A DNA stretch of 64,000 nucleotides, from contig NC_043003.1 of assembly GCF_006345805.1 (NCBI RefSeq), positions 100,564,001 to 100,628,000 on the forward strand, read 5' to 3'. The position numbers and the translations under genes are program-made. The notes below the pieces were generated by a model, which was not told the origin of the DNA, did not search any database, and saw nothing but the letters and a program-made list of their open reading frames with translations. Origin of the DNA: Octopus sinensis. Lineage: Eukaryota. The stretch's first letter is position 1, and every line of letters begins with the position of its first letter. Of this stretch, positions 12,336-23,220 are shown piece after piece.

Positions 12336-13110
12336 CTCTACGAAATTTAACCCTCTTTAACGTTCAATCCTTAATTCCATCTTTCCGCCATTCGCCAATT
12401 TTAAACTTCCTTTCTTCTCCAACAACAACTTCCGGGCCTTCACAGCAAGTTACAAAAACATTTTTATCTCATTATCTTTCGTACCTCACTCGTGCTCATT
12501 CGTTACTATTGTTAAATGTCTGTACTCAGAGTAACTTGCTTATCTATCTTTTTCTCTACGAAATTTAACCCTCTTTAATGTTCAATCCTTAATTCCATCT
12601 TTCCGCCATTCGGCGGTGTCCCCCGCCCTCCCACCCCCACCACCAATACCGGTGAACACTTCTCACCCCCACCACCAATACCGGTGAACACTTCTCACCA
12701 TCTACACCGGATATGCCCTCCTGTCTCCTCATCCCCCACCACCATTGCGTCTGTCTCTCCCTCCTACCCCTCCTTCTCACATGCTTTCACTGTGTACTAC
12801 CCCTTCCCCCCACCAAGACAAGCTGCTAGCACCGCAGCTCATTAACTGCCCCACTGATCTTACGTTACCTCCTGTTTAGAATCTGTCACTGCCTCAATCC
12901 AACTATCTCCTTCCAGTCCCCTCCCCGTCTCGTGATATCCTACGTTTTTATTTCTTCTGCACCAACCCTTCCTTGTCATCGTTCCTCCTTACCCAACCTT
13001 CCCCACTGGTGCTTCCCTATATTACCTACCCCCCCCCACTATCTCTCCCTCTCTTTCCACTGGTGGAACCTTTCTCAGCTAGACCCCCCCCAACTCAACT
13101 CAAAAAGCTC
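12336..13110. repeat. unclassified element with a 59-bp direct repeat and a ~33-bp tandem duplication
   Basis: CTCTACGAAATTTAACCCTC..TTCCGCCATTCG near 12336 and 12554; CCCCCACCACCAATACCGGTGAACACTTCTCA twice at about 12634-12698; pyrimidine-rich + strand. Confidence 0.5.
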
Positions 13111-13119
13111 GAACCGATC

Positions 13120-13340
13120 GTGACCGATGCCGGACCCCCCGGCCCCTGTGCAGGTGGCACGTAAAAAGCACCCACTCCACTCGCGGAGTGGTTGGCGTTA
13201 GGAAGGGCATCCAGCCGTAGAAACTCTGCCAGATCAGACTGGAGCGGCCTCTGGCTTCCCAGACCCCGGTCGAACCGTCCAACCCGTGCTAGCGCGGAAA
13301 ACGGACGTTAAACGATGATGATGATGATGATGATGATGAT
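13120..13340 (+). mobile_element. young RTE 3' tail
   Basis: GGCACGTAAAAAGCACCCAC..AGGAAGGGCATCCAGCC..GTTAAAC(GAT)n; CpG-rich. Confidence 0.85.
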
Positions 13341-13384
13341 ATATATATATATGTATGTATGTATGTATATATATATATATATAT

Positions 13385-15855
13385 CATCATTGTTTAGCAT
13401 CAGCTTTCCATGCTAGCTTGGGGGTCTGGGAAGCCAGAAGGCAGCACCAGGCCCAGTCTGATCTGGTAATGTTTCTACGGCTGATGCCCTTCCTAATGCC
13501 AACCACTCCGTGAGTGTAGAGGATGCTTTTTACGTGCCACTGGCACGGAATCCAGTCAGGGCAGCGCTGGCAACGCCACGTTTGGATGGTTCTCTTACGT
13601 GATGTTGATTGATTTGATTTTGATTTTGATTCTGATTCTCACTTGCCTAAACAGGTCTTCGCAAGTAGAGTTTTGTGTCCCAAGAAGGAAAGGTATGCAT
13701 AAGTGGATTGGCTACATCCCAGGTACAGGCCACGGGTTATGGTCTCACTTGTCCTGCTGGGTCTTCTCATGCACAGCATACTTCCAAAGGTCTCGGTCTC
13801 TAGTCATTTCCTCGGTGAGGAAGACCTGGGATGAAGTGGTGAAACACGACCTTTGAACTAAAGTTCGAAGGTCGTGCTTCACCACTTCATCCCAGGTCTT
13901 CCTGGGTCTACCTCTTCCACAGGTTCCCTCAACAGTTAGGGTGTGGCACTTTTTCACACAGCTATACTCATCCATTCTCACCACATGACCATACCAACAC
14001 AGTCGTCTCTCTTGCACACCACATCGAATGCTTCTTAGGTCCAACTTTTCTCTCAAGGTACTTACACTCTGTTGACTATGCACACTGACATTACACATCC
14101 ATTGGATCATACTGGCTTCATTCCTTGCGAGCTTACACATATCCTCAGCAGTCACAGCCCATGTTTCACTGCCGTGTAGCATGGCTGTTCATACACGTGT
14201 CATGCAGTCTACCTTTTACTCTGAGCGAGAAGCCCTTTGTCACCAGCAGAGGTAAGAGCTCTCTGAACTTTGCCCAAGCTATTCTTATTCTAGCAGTTAT
14301 ACTTTCAGTGCACCCTCCTCCGCTACTGATTTGGTCACCTAGATAACGGAAGCTATAAACTACTTCTAGTTTTTCTCCCTGGAATGTGGCGGAAGTTGGT
14401 CTCTGCACATTTTCAGTGTTTATCGCTCCCGAGCATCTGCCACATACAAAAACTATCTTCCCAGTTAGCCTTCCTTTGATATTACTGCACCTCTTGTGTG
14501 TCCATAGCTTACACTGGGTACATCTTATAGAGTTTCTACCTACACCTCTACTACAGATCAAGCAGGGCCATCTACCGGAAGGGATTTGTGGTTTGGCTGT
14601 CTTTCTACTTATTAGGACTTTGGTTTTAGCTAGGTTGATTCTAAGGCCCTTCGATTCTAATCCTTGTTTCCACACTTGAAACTTCTCCTCTAGTTCTGAT
14701 ACTGACTCAGCAATTAGAGCAAGGTCATCAGCATAGAGGAGCTCCCAGGAGCATCCTGTCTTGAATTCCTCCATTATTGCCTGAAAGACTATGATAAGTA
14801 GGAGTGGGCTGAGAACTGAACCTTGTTGAACCCCTACCTCTACCCTGAATTCTTTAGTGTACTCGTTGCGAACCCTCACCATACTAACAGCATCCTTCTA
14901 CATGGCTTGCATGGCTCTCACTAACCATTCATCTATCCCTAGTTTCCTCATTGACCACCAGATAAGGGATCGGGGGACCCTGTCAAAGGCTTTCTCCATG
15001 TCAACAAAAGCCAGGTACAGGGACTTATCTTTGGCTAGGTATTTTTCCTGCAGCTCTCTTACCAGAAATATAGCATCAGTGGTGCTTTTCTCTGGCATGA
15101 AATCAAACTGCCTCTCTCTCTAATTAGTTGGGCTATGACCCTCTCCGTGACCTTCATTACCTGATCCAACAACTTGATACCTCTAATTATTTGTATCTAA
15201 AGTGTCACCTTTACCTTTGTAGCAGTTGACTATTATGCTGCTACACCAGTCATTGGGTATGACTCCTTTGTGTATCACCTGGCTAACTATACAGGTGACT
15301 AGGCTATAGCCTACACTGACAGATATTTTGAGCATCTCTGCAGTAATTCCTGATGGGCCGGGGGCTTTCTCTGTCTTCATACTTTTAATTGCTTTATCTA
15401 CCAAGGTACTGTCAACTTGGATAGCTGTCGACATACAACAGACTCTCTTTCTTCCATTCATTTTCTTTATTCAGCAACCTTTCATAGTGGCATCTCCAAA
15501 CCTCTCTCTTTGCAGCCCCATTTAGCACAAGAGAACTATCATCCATGCGGACACATTTCTCTCGTACCACATCTCGATTCTCTCTCACACACTGTCTTGC
15601 AACACGAAATACCTCAAGTCTTTCATCCTCACGGCGCAGAACATTGGCAAATTTTTTCTTATCTGCTTCCCCTCTGGCTAAGTAAACCTGTCTCCTAGCT
15701 TCTTTTCTGGCAGTCTGATACAATTCCCTGCTACCACCGTTCTTCCAGTCCTTCCAAGCCTGTCTCTTTTCCCTAATAGGCCTGTCTACAACATTGTTCC
15801 ACCACCACGTTATTTTGGGTCTTGAGGGGACTTTGCACCAACCACAGATCTGGTC
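13385..15855 (-). mobile_element. 5'-truncated RTE-clade LINE, fragmented ORF
   Basis: APGPSGITAEMLK, STTDAIFLVRELQEK..FVDMEKAFDRV, VGVQQGSVLSPLL, LLYADDL, MLHGSETW..GRPRKTW, then (GAT)n tail. Confidence 0.92.
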
Positions 15856-15875
15856 AGTGGCTCTCAGCAGGTTGT

Positions 15876-16641
15876 CTTTCTACTAAAAGGGAGATCTCAG
15901 TAAAACCACAGCACTTGAGAGGCAAACACAGACAGGCAAGAGAGATCTCCCTTTTAGTAGAAAGGAATAGCTATAACTCTTTGACTGCTATTTCTAAATT
16001 CGGTGTGTGGTGAGGCAAATCGTTGCTAAACCCTTAATTACTTAGTATTACTTAAACTTTCCTCAAATGGGGCTTTTACATGCTGAAATCTACATGGTGA
16101 AATTAATGATTATTCTAAATTAATTAATTTCACCCTACATTATTACTGATAACCATAGTTCATCCCGGTAAATGACCACAACATCTTGTCTTGGCTGCAC
16201 GCTGGTAGGAGGGGGCTGGTGACACAGACTTTCATTCACACTTTGAATTTGGCGATACTAGTAATGGCTTTGGCTCGCTCTGATACTATCAGTTGAGATG
16301 ATATCTTCTAGTACCGCGAAATTTAATATACAATTATTCATTATTGTAGTATCCTACACTGATGAGAAAAGATGTTGGATAAGACAAGATTATCTAATTC
16401 TTATGCTTTCCTAAAACTTGATTTCGAAACGTACGTCCGTAGGTGACTTTTTATTGTATGATCGATTGTCGTCACTTTCTTTCTCTCTTGCCTGTCTGTG
16501 TTTGCCTCTCAAGTGCTGTGGTTTTACTGAGATCTCCCTTTTAGTGGAAAGGAATAGCTATAACTCTTTGACTGCTATTTCTAAATTCGGTGTGTGGTGA
16601 GGCAAATCGTTGCTAAACCCTTAATTACTTAGTATTACTTA
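15876..16641 (+). mobile_element. non-coding HHR-bearing unit A (retrozyme-like; period 587 bp, 113-bp terminal redundancy, 5' fold-back)
   Basis: 15942-16054 equals 16529-16641 (1 mismatch seen); 15876-15945 is the reverse complement of ~16480-16550; one HHR between the repeats; ends in (TA)n; no meaningful ORF. Confidence 0.75.
16353..16443 (+). ncRNA. type-I hammerhead ribozyme in unit A
   Basis: cctaca-CTGATGA(16359-65)-gaaa...tttc-GAAAC(16426-30)-gtac-GTC(16435-37)-cgtagg; helix III palindrome ACGTACGT; internal hairpin ttggataa/ttatctaa; one helix I mismatch consistent with CpG decay. Confidence 0.88.
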
Positions 16642-16704
16642 TATATATATATATATGTATATACATGTGTATATATATATATATTTATATATATATATAT
16701 ATAT

Positions 16705-17051
16705 ATGTGAAATAGAAAGATGAATAATCTTGTAGCAGATTAATCAAAAGTTTAACCGATACCTTGGTAGCAAAAATCACAGCAGAAGACAGCACGGTTG
16801 GAGGTACAACCATATGGTGTTGCAACCGTGCGTTTGTGCGGATAATTGAATTTTAATGTTATTGGTGAATTGAAGAAATGGAGCTGAACGAAGATTTCCA
16901 ACGGATTTCCTATTTCTTCCTGAAGAGAAAGACACAATATGGTCTCATTATTCAATCGGATTTTGGTAAATTGTGCCTTTCGAAACACGTGTAGAATGAA
17001 ATAAAATGATTTCTGTTCAATCTTCGTTCAGCTCCATTTCTTCAATTCACC
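16705..17051 (+). mobile_element. mini PLE family A: inverted terminal arm plus HHR segment only
   Basis: 16705-16896 matches 1061-~1255; 16895-17051 matches ~3407-3564; 33-bp inverted repeat 16864-16896/17019-17051; in (TA)n. Confidence 0.88.
16912..17002 (+). ncRNA. type-I hammerhead ribozyme (family A)
   Basis: CTGAAGA 16920-26, GAAAC 16982-86, acgt, GTA 16991-93; helices as at 3425. Confidence 0.87.
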
Positions 17052-17178
17052 TATATATATATATATGTATATATATATATGTGTATATATATATATATAT
17101 TTACATATATATATGTATATATATATATGCGTATATATATATATATATTTACATATATATATGTATATATATATATGC

Positions 17179-17220
<42 letters not shown>

Positions 17221-17231
17221 ATATATATATC

Positions 17232-17552
17232 TCATCATCATCATCATTTAACGTCCGTTCTCCATGCTAGCATGGGTTGGATGGTTTGACCAGGGATCTG
17301 GGAAGCCAGAAGGCTGCACCAGGCTCCAGTCTTATCTGGCAATGTTCCTACAGGTGGATGCCCTTCCTAACGCCAACCACTCCGTGAGTGTAGTGGGTGC
17401 TTTTTACATGCCACCTGCACAGGTGCCAGGCGAGGCTGGCAATGGCCATGGTCGGATTGGTGCATTTTACGTGCCACCGGCATGGAAGCCAGTCCAGGTG
17501 GCACTGGCTTCGGTTACAATTCGGATGGTTCTTTTTACGTGCCACCGGCATG
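17232..17552 (-). mobile_element. RTE 3' UTR with ~65-bp tandem repeats
   Basis: Same tail and repeat unit as 8725-9090. Confidence 0.8.
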
Positions 17553-17574
17553 GAAATATATATGTATATATATA

Positions 17575-20119
17575 TTTGGCCGACTTAGTAAATCTATCCT
17601 AGATAATATCTTACCCAAATAACCCCACTTCTTCCCTTAAGCCTGTGGATAAATACCGATGAGGTTCTTAAATGGTTTAATTCCCTAACTAATACTAATA
17701 ATCTAGCCTTCATTCAATTCGACATAAATAACTACTACTCTAGCATTTCTCCTATCCTATTAAATAAATCGCTTATATTCGCGATGAATCGCTCCCTCAT
17801 ATCTAGAGAGGAAATAGACATTATACTTTTAGCTAGAAAAACATTTATTGAGTTTGAGGGAAAATTATGGACCAGAGCTGATACCCCTAACTATTTCGAT
17901 ATTCCTATGGGCTCAAGTGATTCGGCTGAGGTAACCAACTTAGTAGGAGCATATCTACTGAAATGCATAAAGAAGGAGATCCCTGAATTGCAAGGTGGTT
18001 TATATAGAGACGATGCTTTGTTTGTTGTCCATACCAATAATAAATCACACATAGAAAGAATCAAAAAGAAAATTAATAGGTTTTTTAAAGATTTCAACCT
18101 TAGCATAACCTACGAACCAAGCATTAAAATAGCTAATTTTCTAGATATTGCTTTAGACCTTAACTCCAAACTACATTATCCATTTAGAAAAGAAGGTGAA
18201 ATCACTAGTTACGTAAGTAAATTATCTAATCATCCCCCAAATATAATTAATTCCTTAGTTAGAAATATTTTCATGAGAATATCCAAATTATCGTCTAATT
18301 TTAATATATTTAACTCACACTCAGCACATTACAATGAGGCGTTATCTAGAGCAGGATATAACCAAAAAATTACATTTGTTGATACGGAAAACTTACAAAC
18401 TCATAATAATTTAAGTAATTTAAATAGCAATAACCACATAAACAACAAAAACGATCAAGCCGAAAAGATACGTAGATGTGGATCTAATACAACATCTAAT
18501 CGTAATGATAATAAGTACAAGGATAAATACATAGACCATAACATAGATAGCCCTGATAAGACAACCTTAAATAAAATTAAGAAACATACAATTAGTAACG
18601 TAGACAACAATAATGACCAAGCCAGAAATGATAGTAGAAATAGATTTACAACGGCAAAGTACCCTAATGATAGTAAGAACATCAATAAAAACATAACAGT
18701 GAACACTTGTAATAAGGATAAAATAAACTTGGATAAAACATGCTAACAAGAACATTAATAAATACAAAGAATCTGATGATGGTAGGAATAATTCTAACAA
18801 CCCTAACTCTAGTGGGAAAAATTCTAACAGCCCTAACTCTAATTCTAGGAAATTTAATAAGAAAGACATAATATGGCTAAACATCCCTTTTAACTGTGCG
18901 GTTTCATCAGATATTCAGAGTAGATTCAAAACAATTCTAGAAAAAAATTTCCCATCCTCTCATAGATATCATAAAATTATTTCTAAAAAAACAGTCAGAA
19001 TTTCTTATTCAACCCTCCCAAATATGTCCACTTTAATAGCTAAGATCAATAATAATAACATAAAACTAGCCAGAAAAAATTTAATCAATAAAAATAAAAA
19101 TACAATGGAAAATTGTAATAACAGTACTGAAGGTAATAATTGCAACAATAATAATAAGGAATGTCATATAATAAATATAACCAATAGCTATAGAATTGTT
19201 AACAACAATAATAACATAAATAGGAATGATTATGTTAATAATAGGAATAATACCAGGAATGTAAGTACAGTGAATGAGGACAACAATGTTATCAGCAACA
19301 ACACTACACATTTGGAAAACAATACCGACAACAATACTAACAGCATCAACAATATCAATAATGATAGTAGGGTTATAGAACCAAATGATAGTGTAGGAAT
19401 ACCAACAAATGATAATACTACTTTAGGTGATAACATTAACTACAATAATGATAACATTATTTTAGATAACAGCACCAATAATATTAATAATGAAAGTAGG
19501 GCTTTAGAACCAAATGAAAATGTAAGAATACCAATAAATGATAATACTACTTTAGATAATAATATTAACTACAATAATGATAGAGTTTTTTTTAGATAAC
19601 AACAATAACCAAAATCATGATAAATTTACCCGCACTGCTTCGAGCAACAGTAGTATGAGACTTCTATCCTCAAGTTATTCGACTTCTAATTATAATTCCC
19701 CTAGATGTAACTTCAGAATTAAATCAAAATGCCCGGCACCTGGTTTATGCGGGTTAAATAACATAATCTACAAATGCTCCATAACCACAGATAATATTAA
19801 ATTCACTTATGTTGGATGTACTGTAAATTTTAAAAAGAGATTGAATAACCATCTTTCCTCCTTCAAATTACGTCATAAAGCTGATAGCACCACTCTTTCT
19901 AGTAAAATTTGGGAACTAAAAAACAATAATATCAAATATAACCTTAATTGGGAATTAGTCAGAAGAGCAATACCCTATAAAAATAGCAGAGTAGGTTGTC
20001 AACTTTGCTCCATGGAAACATTTGAAATACTAATGTATAGAAAAAATAGAGAAATTTCATTAAACAGCAGAATTGAACTTGGATTTTCTTGTATACACGC
20101 TCGAACTAAGACTCTTTAA
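17575..20119 (+). pseudogene. PLE family C ORF (RT, Asn-rich linkers, Cys linker, GIY-YIG), three 1-nt frameshifts
   Basis: FIQFDI, PMGSSDSAEV, GGLYRDD, NFLDI, SNHPP, WLNIPF, CNFR..CPAPGLC, IIYKC..YVGCT..RLNNH, CQLCSME; shifts near 17622, 18735-38 (A4) and 19586-93 (T8). Confidence 0.9.
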
Positions 20120-20137
20120 ATGATATTTTAATTGACA

Positions 20138-23100
20138 ACTCTTTCTCTTTTACTCTTTTACTTGTTTCAGCCATCCGGCTGAGGCCATGCTGGGGCACCG
20201 CCCTTGTTGCTACCCTCTCTAAGTCCAGTTTGCCGTGGCTGGCCACTGATCTAAGAGAGAGTTTGTAGCTGCTGCCCTTAGGTTACCTTCGTACCTTGCA
20301 GTGGGTTCATCTGGGATCCCGGAAAGCAGCTTGTCTAGATGTTTTTTGAAAATGTCCACATCCGCATCATGTAGATCTCTTAGTTTTCTTGGCAGTTTGT
20401 TGAACAGCTGAGGGCCCCTGAACCCCAGGCTATTACAGTATCTGCTCCTTACCCTGGATGTGGAAGACGGGACCTTTGGCACCACACAGTGACGACCTGT
20501 ACGGGGATTGGAACAGCTCTCAATTCCAAAATTTGGTGCTAGTCCCTCCAGGATTTTCCATATGTATATCACTGCATATCTCTCTCGTCTTCGTTCCAAG
20601 GAGTACAAATTGAGTTCCCTAAGCCTCTCCCAATAGTTTTTTTCTTTCATGGTGGAAATCCTCTTGGTGAAATGTCTTTGGATTGTCTCAAGCTCTGTGG
20701 TTAGTTTGACACTATGCGGTGACCACAGTTGGGAGCAGTAGTCTAGGCGGCTTAGGACAAATGTCCTCCATAGTGTCAACATGGTCTCGCAGTCTCTTGT
20801 CCGGAATGTCCTCAGGATCCAGCCAGTGAGTCGTCTGCACATTGTCGCCACCTTCGCGATGTGTGAAGAAAAAGATGCATCGTCACTCATGTCTATCCCC
20901 AGGTCCCGTATTGATTTCGATACTGGGATTTCGATCCCTCCTGGACCAGTATAGTTGTGTTGTAATGTATATGTGTTTACAGCTTGATATTGTAAGGCTT
21001 GAAATTTACCAGCATTAAATTGCATGTTGTTTTCTTCAGCCCATTTGTATATGGCATCCAGATCTTGTTGTAAAAGGTCAGCATCAGCTGGGTTTTTAAT
21101 TGCCTGTGCTACCTTTGTGTCATCAGCATAGCTAGTGAGGGATGTTGTTTGTGCTACCAAGGGCATGTCAGAGAGCGCCACCAAAAACAGCAAGGGTCCC
21201 AAGACTGTGCCCTGTGGCACCCCGCTTGCTATTGGTGTCTTTCCCGAGAGGGCTCCATTGGCTGCAACCATCTGGCTTCTGTCCTTCAGGAAGTCATGTA
21301 TCCACTCACCTACTTTTCCTGTTATGCCGAGTCTGAGTAATTTGTGACATATCACTCCGTGGTCGACTTTGTCAAAGGCCTTCGCAAAGTCGAGATATAC
21401 CACATCCACCTGTGAGCGATCCAGTAGTTGTTTCAGTACCCAGTCGTAGTGTTGTAACAGCTGCGTAAGGCAGCTTCTTCCTGGGCGAAAGCCATGCTGT
21501 GTGTCAGTGAGACGGTTAGTTTCTTCGAGGAACGTGATCAGTTTTTTTCTGATGATTCGTTCCATGACCTTACTTATGTGTGACGTCAGGGAGACTGGCC
21601 TGTAGTTTTTGGCCTCTGCTCTACTCCCTCCTTTGTGGATAGGGCATATGGTGCCTTCTTTTAGCGCCCTGGGCAGTTTACCGTTAGCCAAGGAACCACT
21701 GAAGAGCATCTTCAGTGGTCCCGCTAGGGCATGCCTGCATGTTTTTAGGAGGACTGCTGGGAATCCATCTGGTCCAGCAGCTGAGTTTATTCTCATTTCT
21801 TCTATGGCAGATATTACATCCCTCTCTGTTATGTCTATGTGGTCGATGGTTGTTGTTTGGTTTTGGAGTGTTGTGGCATCAAAGAAAACTTCTGGGTTTG
21901 TGATTTGCATGTGCCCCAGAGGGGATGTGAACACACTTTTATACTGTTCCTTTAGTATTTCACTTATCCCTTGGGGGTCCTCAGTTAGAGAGCCCTTTTT
22001 ATCAAAGAGTGGGCCAATCTTGCAGTGTACCGAGGTGGTTTCTTTCGCAAATTTAAAGAAAGCTTTAGGGTTTGTTTTAATATTCTCTATGGCCCTGGCT
22101 TCTCTCTCTGCCCTCTCCTTCTCATAGGAAAGTTTGAGTGCAGTTTCCGTTTCAAAAAGTTTCAGGTGGAGTCCCTTATTGTTTCTCTGCCGTGCATTCA
22201 GTTGCTTCGAGAGCTTAGCTCTTCGCCTCATAAGTATTTTCCTGTCTCTGGGAATAACGTTCCTATGCCCGCTGGCTTTTTTCTCCGGGACAAACTTATG
22301 GCATATGTTCTGTATTGTTGTCATGAAATGTTGGAAATGTGTGTTGGTCTCTTGTGTGGTGATGAAGTCACTCCAGTCATGTTTTCGGATCTCTTCGTTG
22401 ATCTTCTTCCAGTTTGCCTTATGGAAGTTTAGACTGGATAGGCCTGTGGTATTTTCTAATGGCTGCGTCTCAACTAACTCTCTCATACCATATATCATTA
22501 CCTCTACTAAGTTGTGATCTGAGAGAATTGTAGGTGTTACCATTATGTTGTGGATGAGCATCGGGTTGCTTGTGAAACAGAGGTCCAAGACATTCTCACC
22601 TCTTGTTGGCCGAAGCACTGCTTGTTCCATGAAAAACTTGCGTGTGAGAGCCAACAAGGACTCTGTCTGTCTCTGTTCAAGTGATGTCATTCCAGGGAGA
22701 AGATGGCCATCTGGCCATTTGACTTTCGGAAGGTTAAAATCTCCCAGCAGTAGAATGGTGTTACCCTGGTCCAGTTTGTCCAGGACTTCTTCTATTCTTC
22801 TGAGGCTATCTTCAAACACTCCTTCATGACTAGGGGTGTCTGGTGGCCGATATGTGACACATATTACTATTTTCGGTTGTTTCATGTGTACTATCAGTGT
22901 GTCACAGACTGAGTTTGAGTGTGTCAACAGTACTATGGGTGTGACATCTTCACGGACGTACAGGGCAACCCCACCATGAGTTCTTTCCTTCCTGTCTGAC
23001 CGAAAAACAGTATACTTTGGTACGTGTATTTCTGCATCTGCTATACTGCTTGACAGGTGCGTTTCAGTCAGCACTATGCATATTGCATGGTTGCTTGTGC

Positions 23101-23220
23101 TTAAGTCCCTAAGGTAAGGAATTTTACTCATATTAGTGGGTTTCACCAGACCTCTGACATTCAGCAGAAGCACTGGTGAGATATTTGGGGTGTCAATAAA
23201 GGCTGTCGGCTGTATATTAA
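20138..23220 (-). mobile_element. CR1-group LINE, 5'-truncated at the ORF2 start, short 3' UTR and (AAAAGAGT)n tail
   Basis: Open ORF2 plus tail GGCGGTGCCCCAGCATGGCCTCAGCCGGATGGCTGAAACAAGTAAAAGAGTAAAAGAG. Confidence 0.9.
20219..23173 (-). CDS. LINE ORF2, APE endonuclease plus reverse transcriptase (984 aa, uninterrupted)
   Basis: LNVRGL, LTETHL, YRPP, GDFNLP, NYRPVSLT, QHGFRPGRSC, YLDFAKAFDKV, SGVPQGTVLGPLLF, YADD, YSLERRRERY. Confidence 0.95.
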   Translation of the reverse strand: MLLLNVRGLVKPTNMSKIPYLRDLSTSNHAICIVLTETHLSSSIADAEIHVPKYTVFRSDRKERTHGGVALYVREDVTPIVLLTHSNSVCDTLIVHMKQPKIVICVTYRPPDTPSHEGVFEDSLRRIEEVLDKLDQGNTILLLGDFNLPKVKWPDGHLLPGMTSLEQRQTESLLALTRKFFMEQAVLRPTRGENVLDLCFTSNPMLIHNIMVTPTILSDHNLVEVMIYGMRELVETQPLENTTGLSSLNFHKANWKKINEEIRKHDWSDFITTQETNTHFQHFMTTIQNICHKFVPEKKASGHRNVIPRDRKILMRRRAKLSKQLNARQRNNKGLHLKLFETETALKLSYEKERAEREARAIENIKTNPKAFFKFAKETTSVHCKIGPLFDKKGSLTEDPQGISEILKEQYKSVFTSPLGHMQITNPEVFFDATTLQNQTTTIDHIDITERDVISAIEEMRINSAAGPDGFPAVLLKTCRHALAGPLKMLFSGSLANGKLPRALKEGTICPIHKGGSRAEAKNYRPVSLTSHISKVMERIIRKKLITFLEETNRLTDTQHGFRPGRSCLTQLLQHYDWVLKQLLDRSQVDVVYLDFAKAFDKVDHGVICHKLLRLGITGKVGEWIHDFLKDRSQMVAANGALSGKTPIASGVPQGTVLGPLLFLVALSDMPLVAQTTSLTSYADDTKVAQAIKNPADADLLQQDLDAIYKWAEENNMQFNAGKFQALQYQAVNTYTLQHNYTGPGGIEIPVSKSIRDLGIDMSDDASFSSHIAKVATMCRRLTGWILRTFRTRDCETMLTLWRTFVLSRLDYCSQLWSPHSVKLTTELETIQRHFTKRISTMKEKNYWERLRELNLYSLERRRERYAVIYIWKILEGLAPNFGIESCSNPRTGRHCVVPKVPSSTSRVRSRYCNSLGFRGPQLFNKLPRKLRDLHDADVDIFKKHLDKLLSGIPDEPTARYEGNLRAAATNSLLDQWPATANWT

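Noticed and set aside
21135-22829. Plus-strand ORFs overlapping the LINE
   Set aside because: Antisense shadows of the RT ORF
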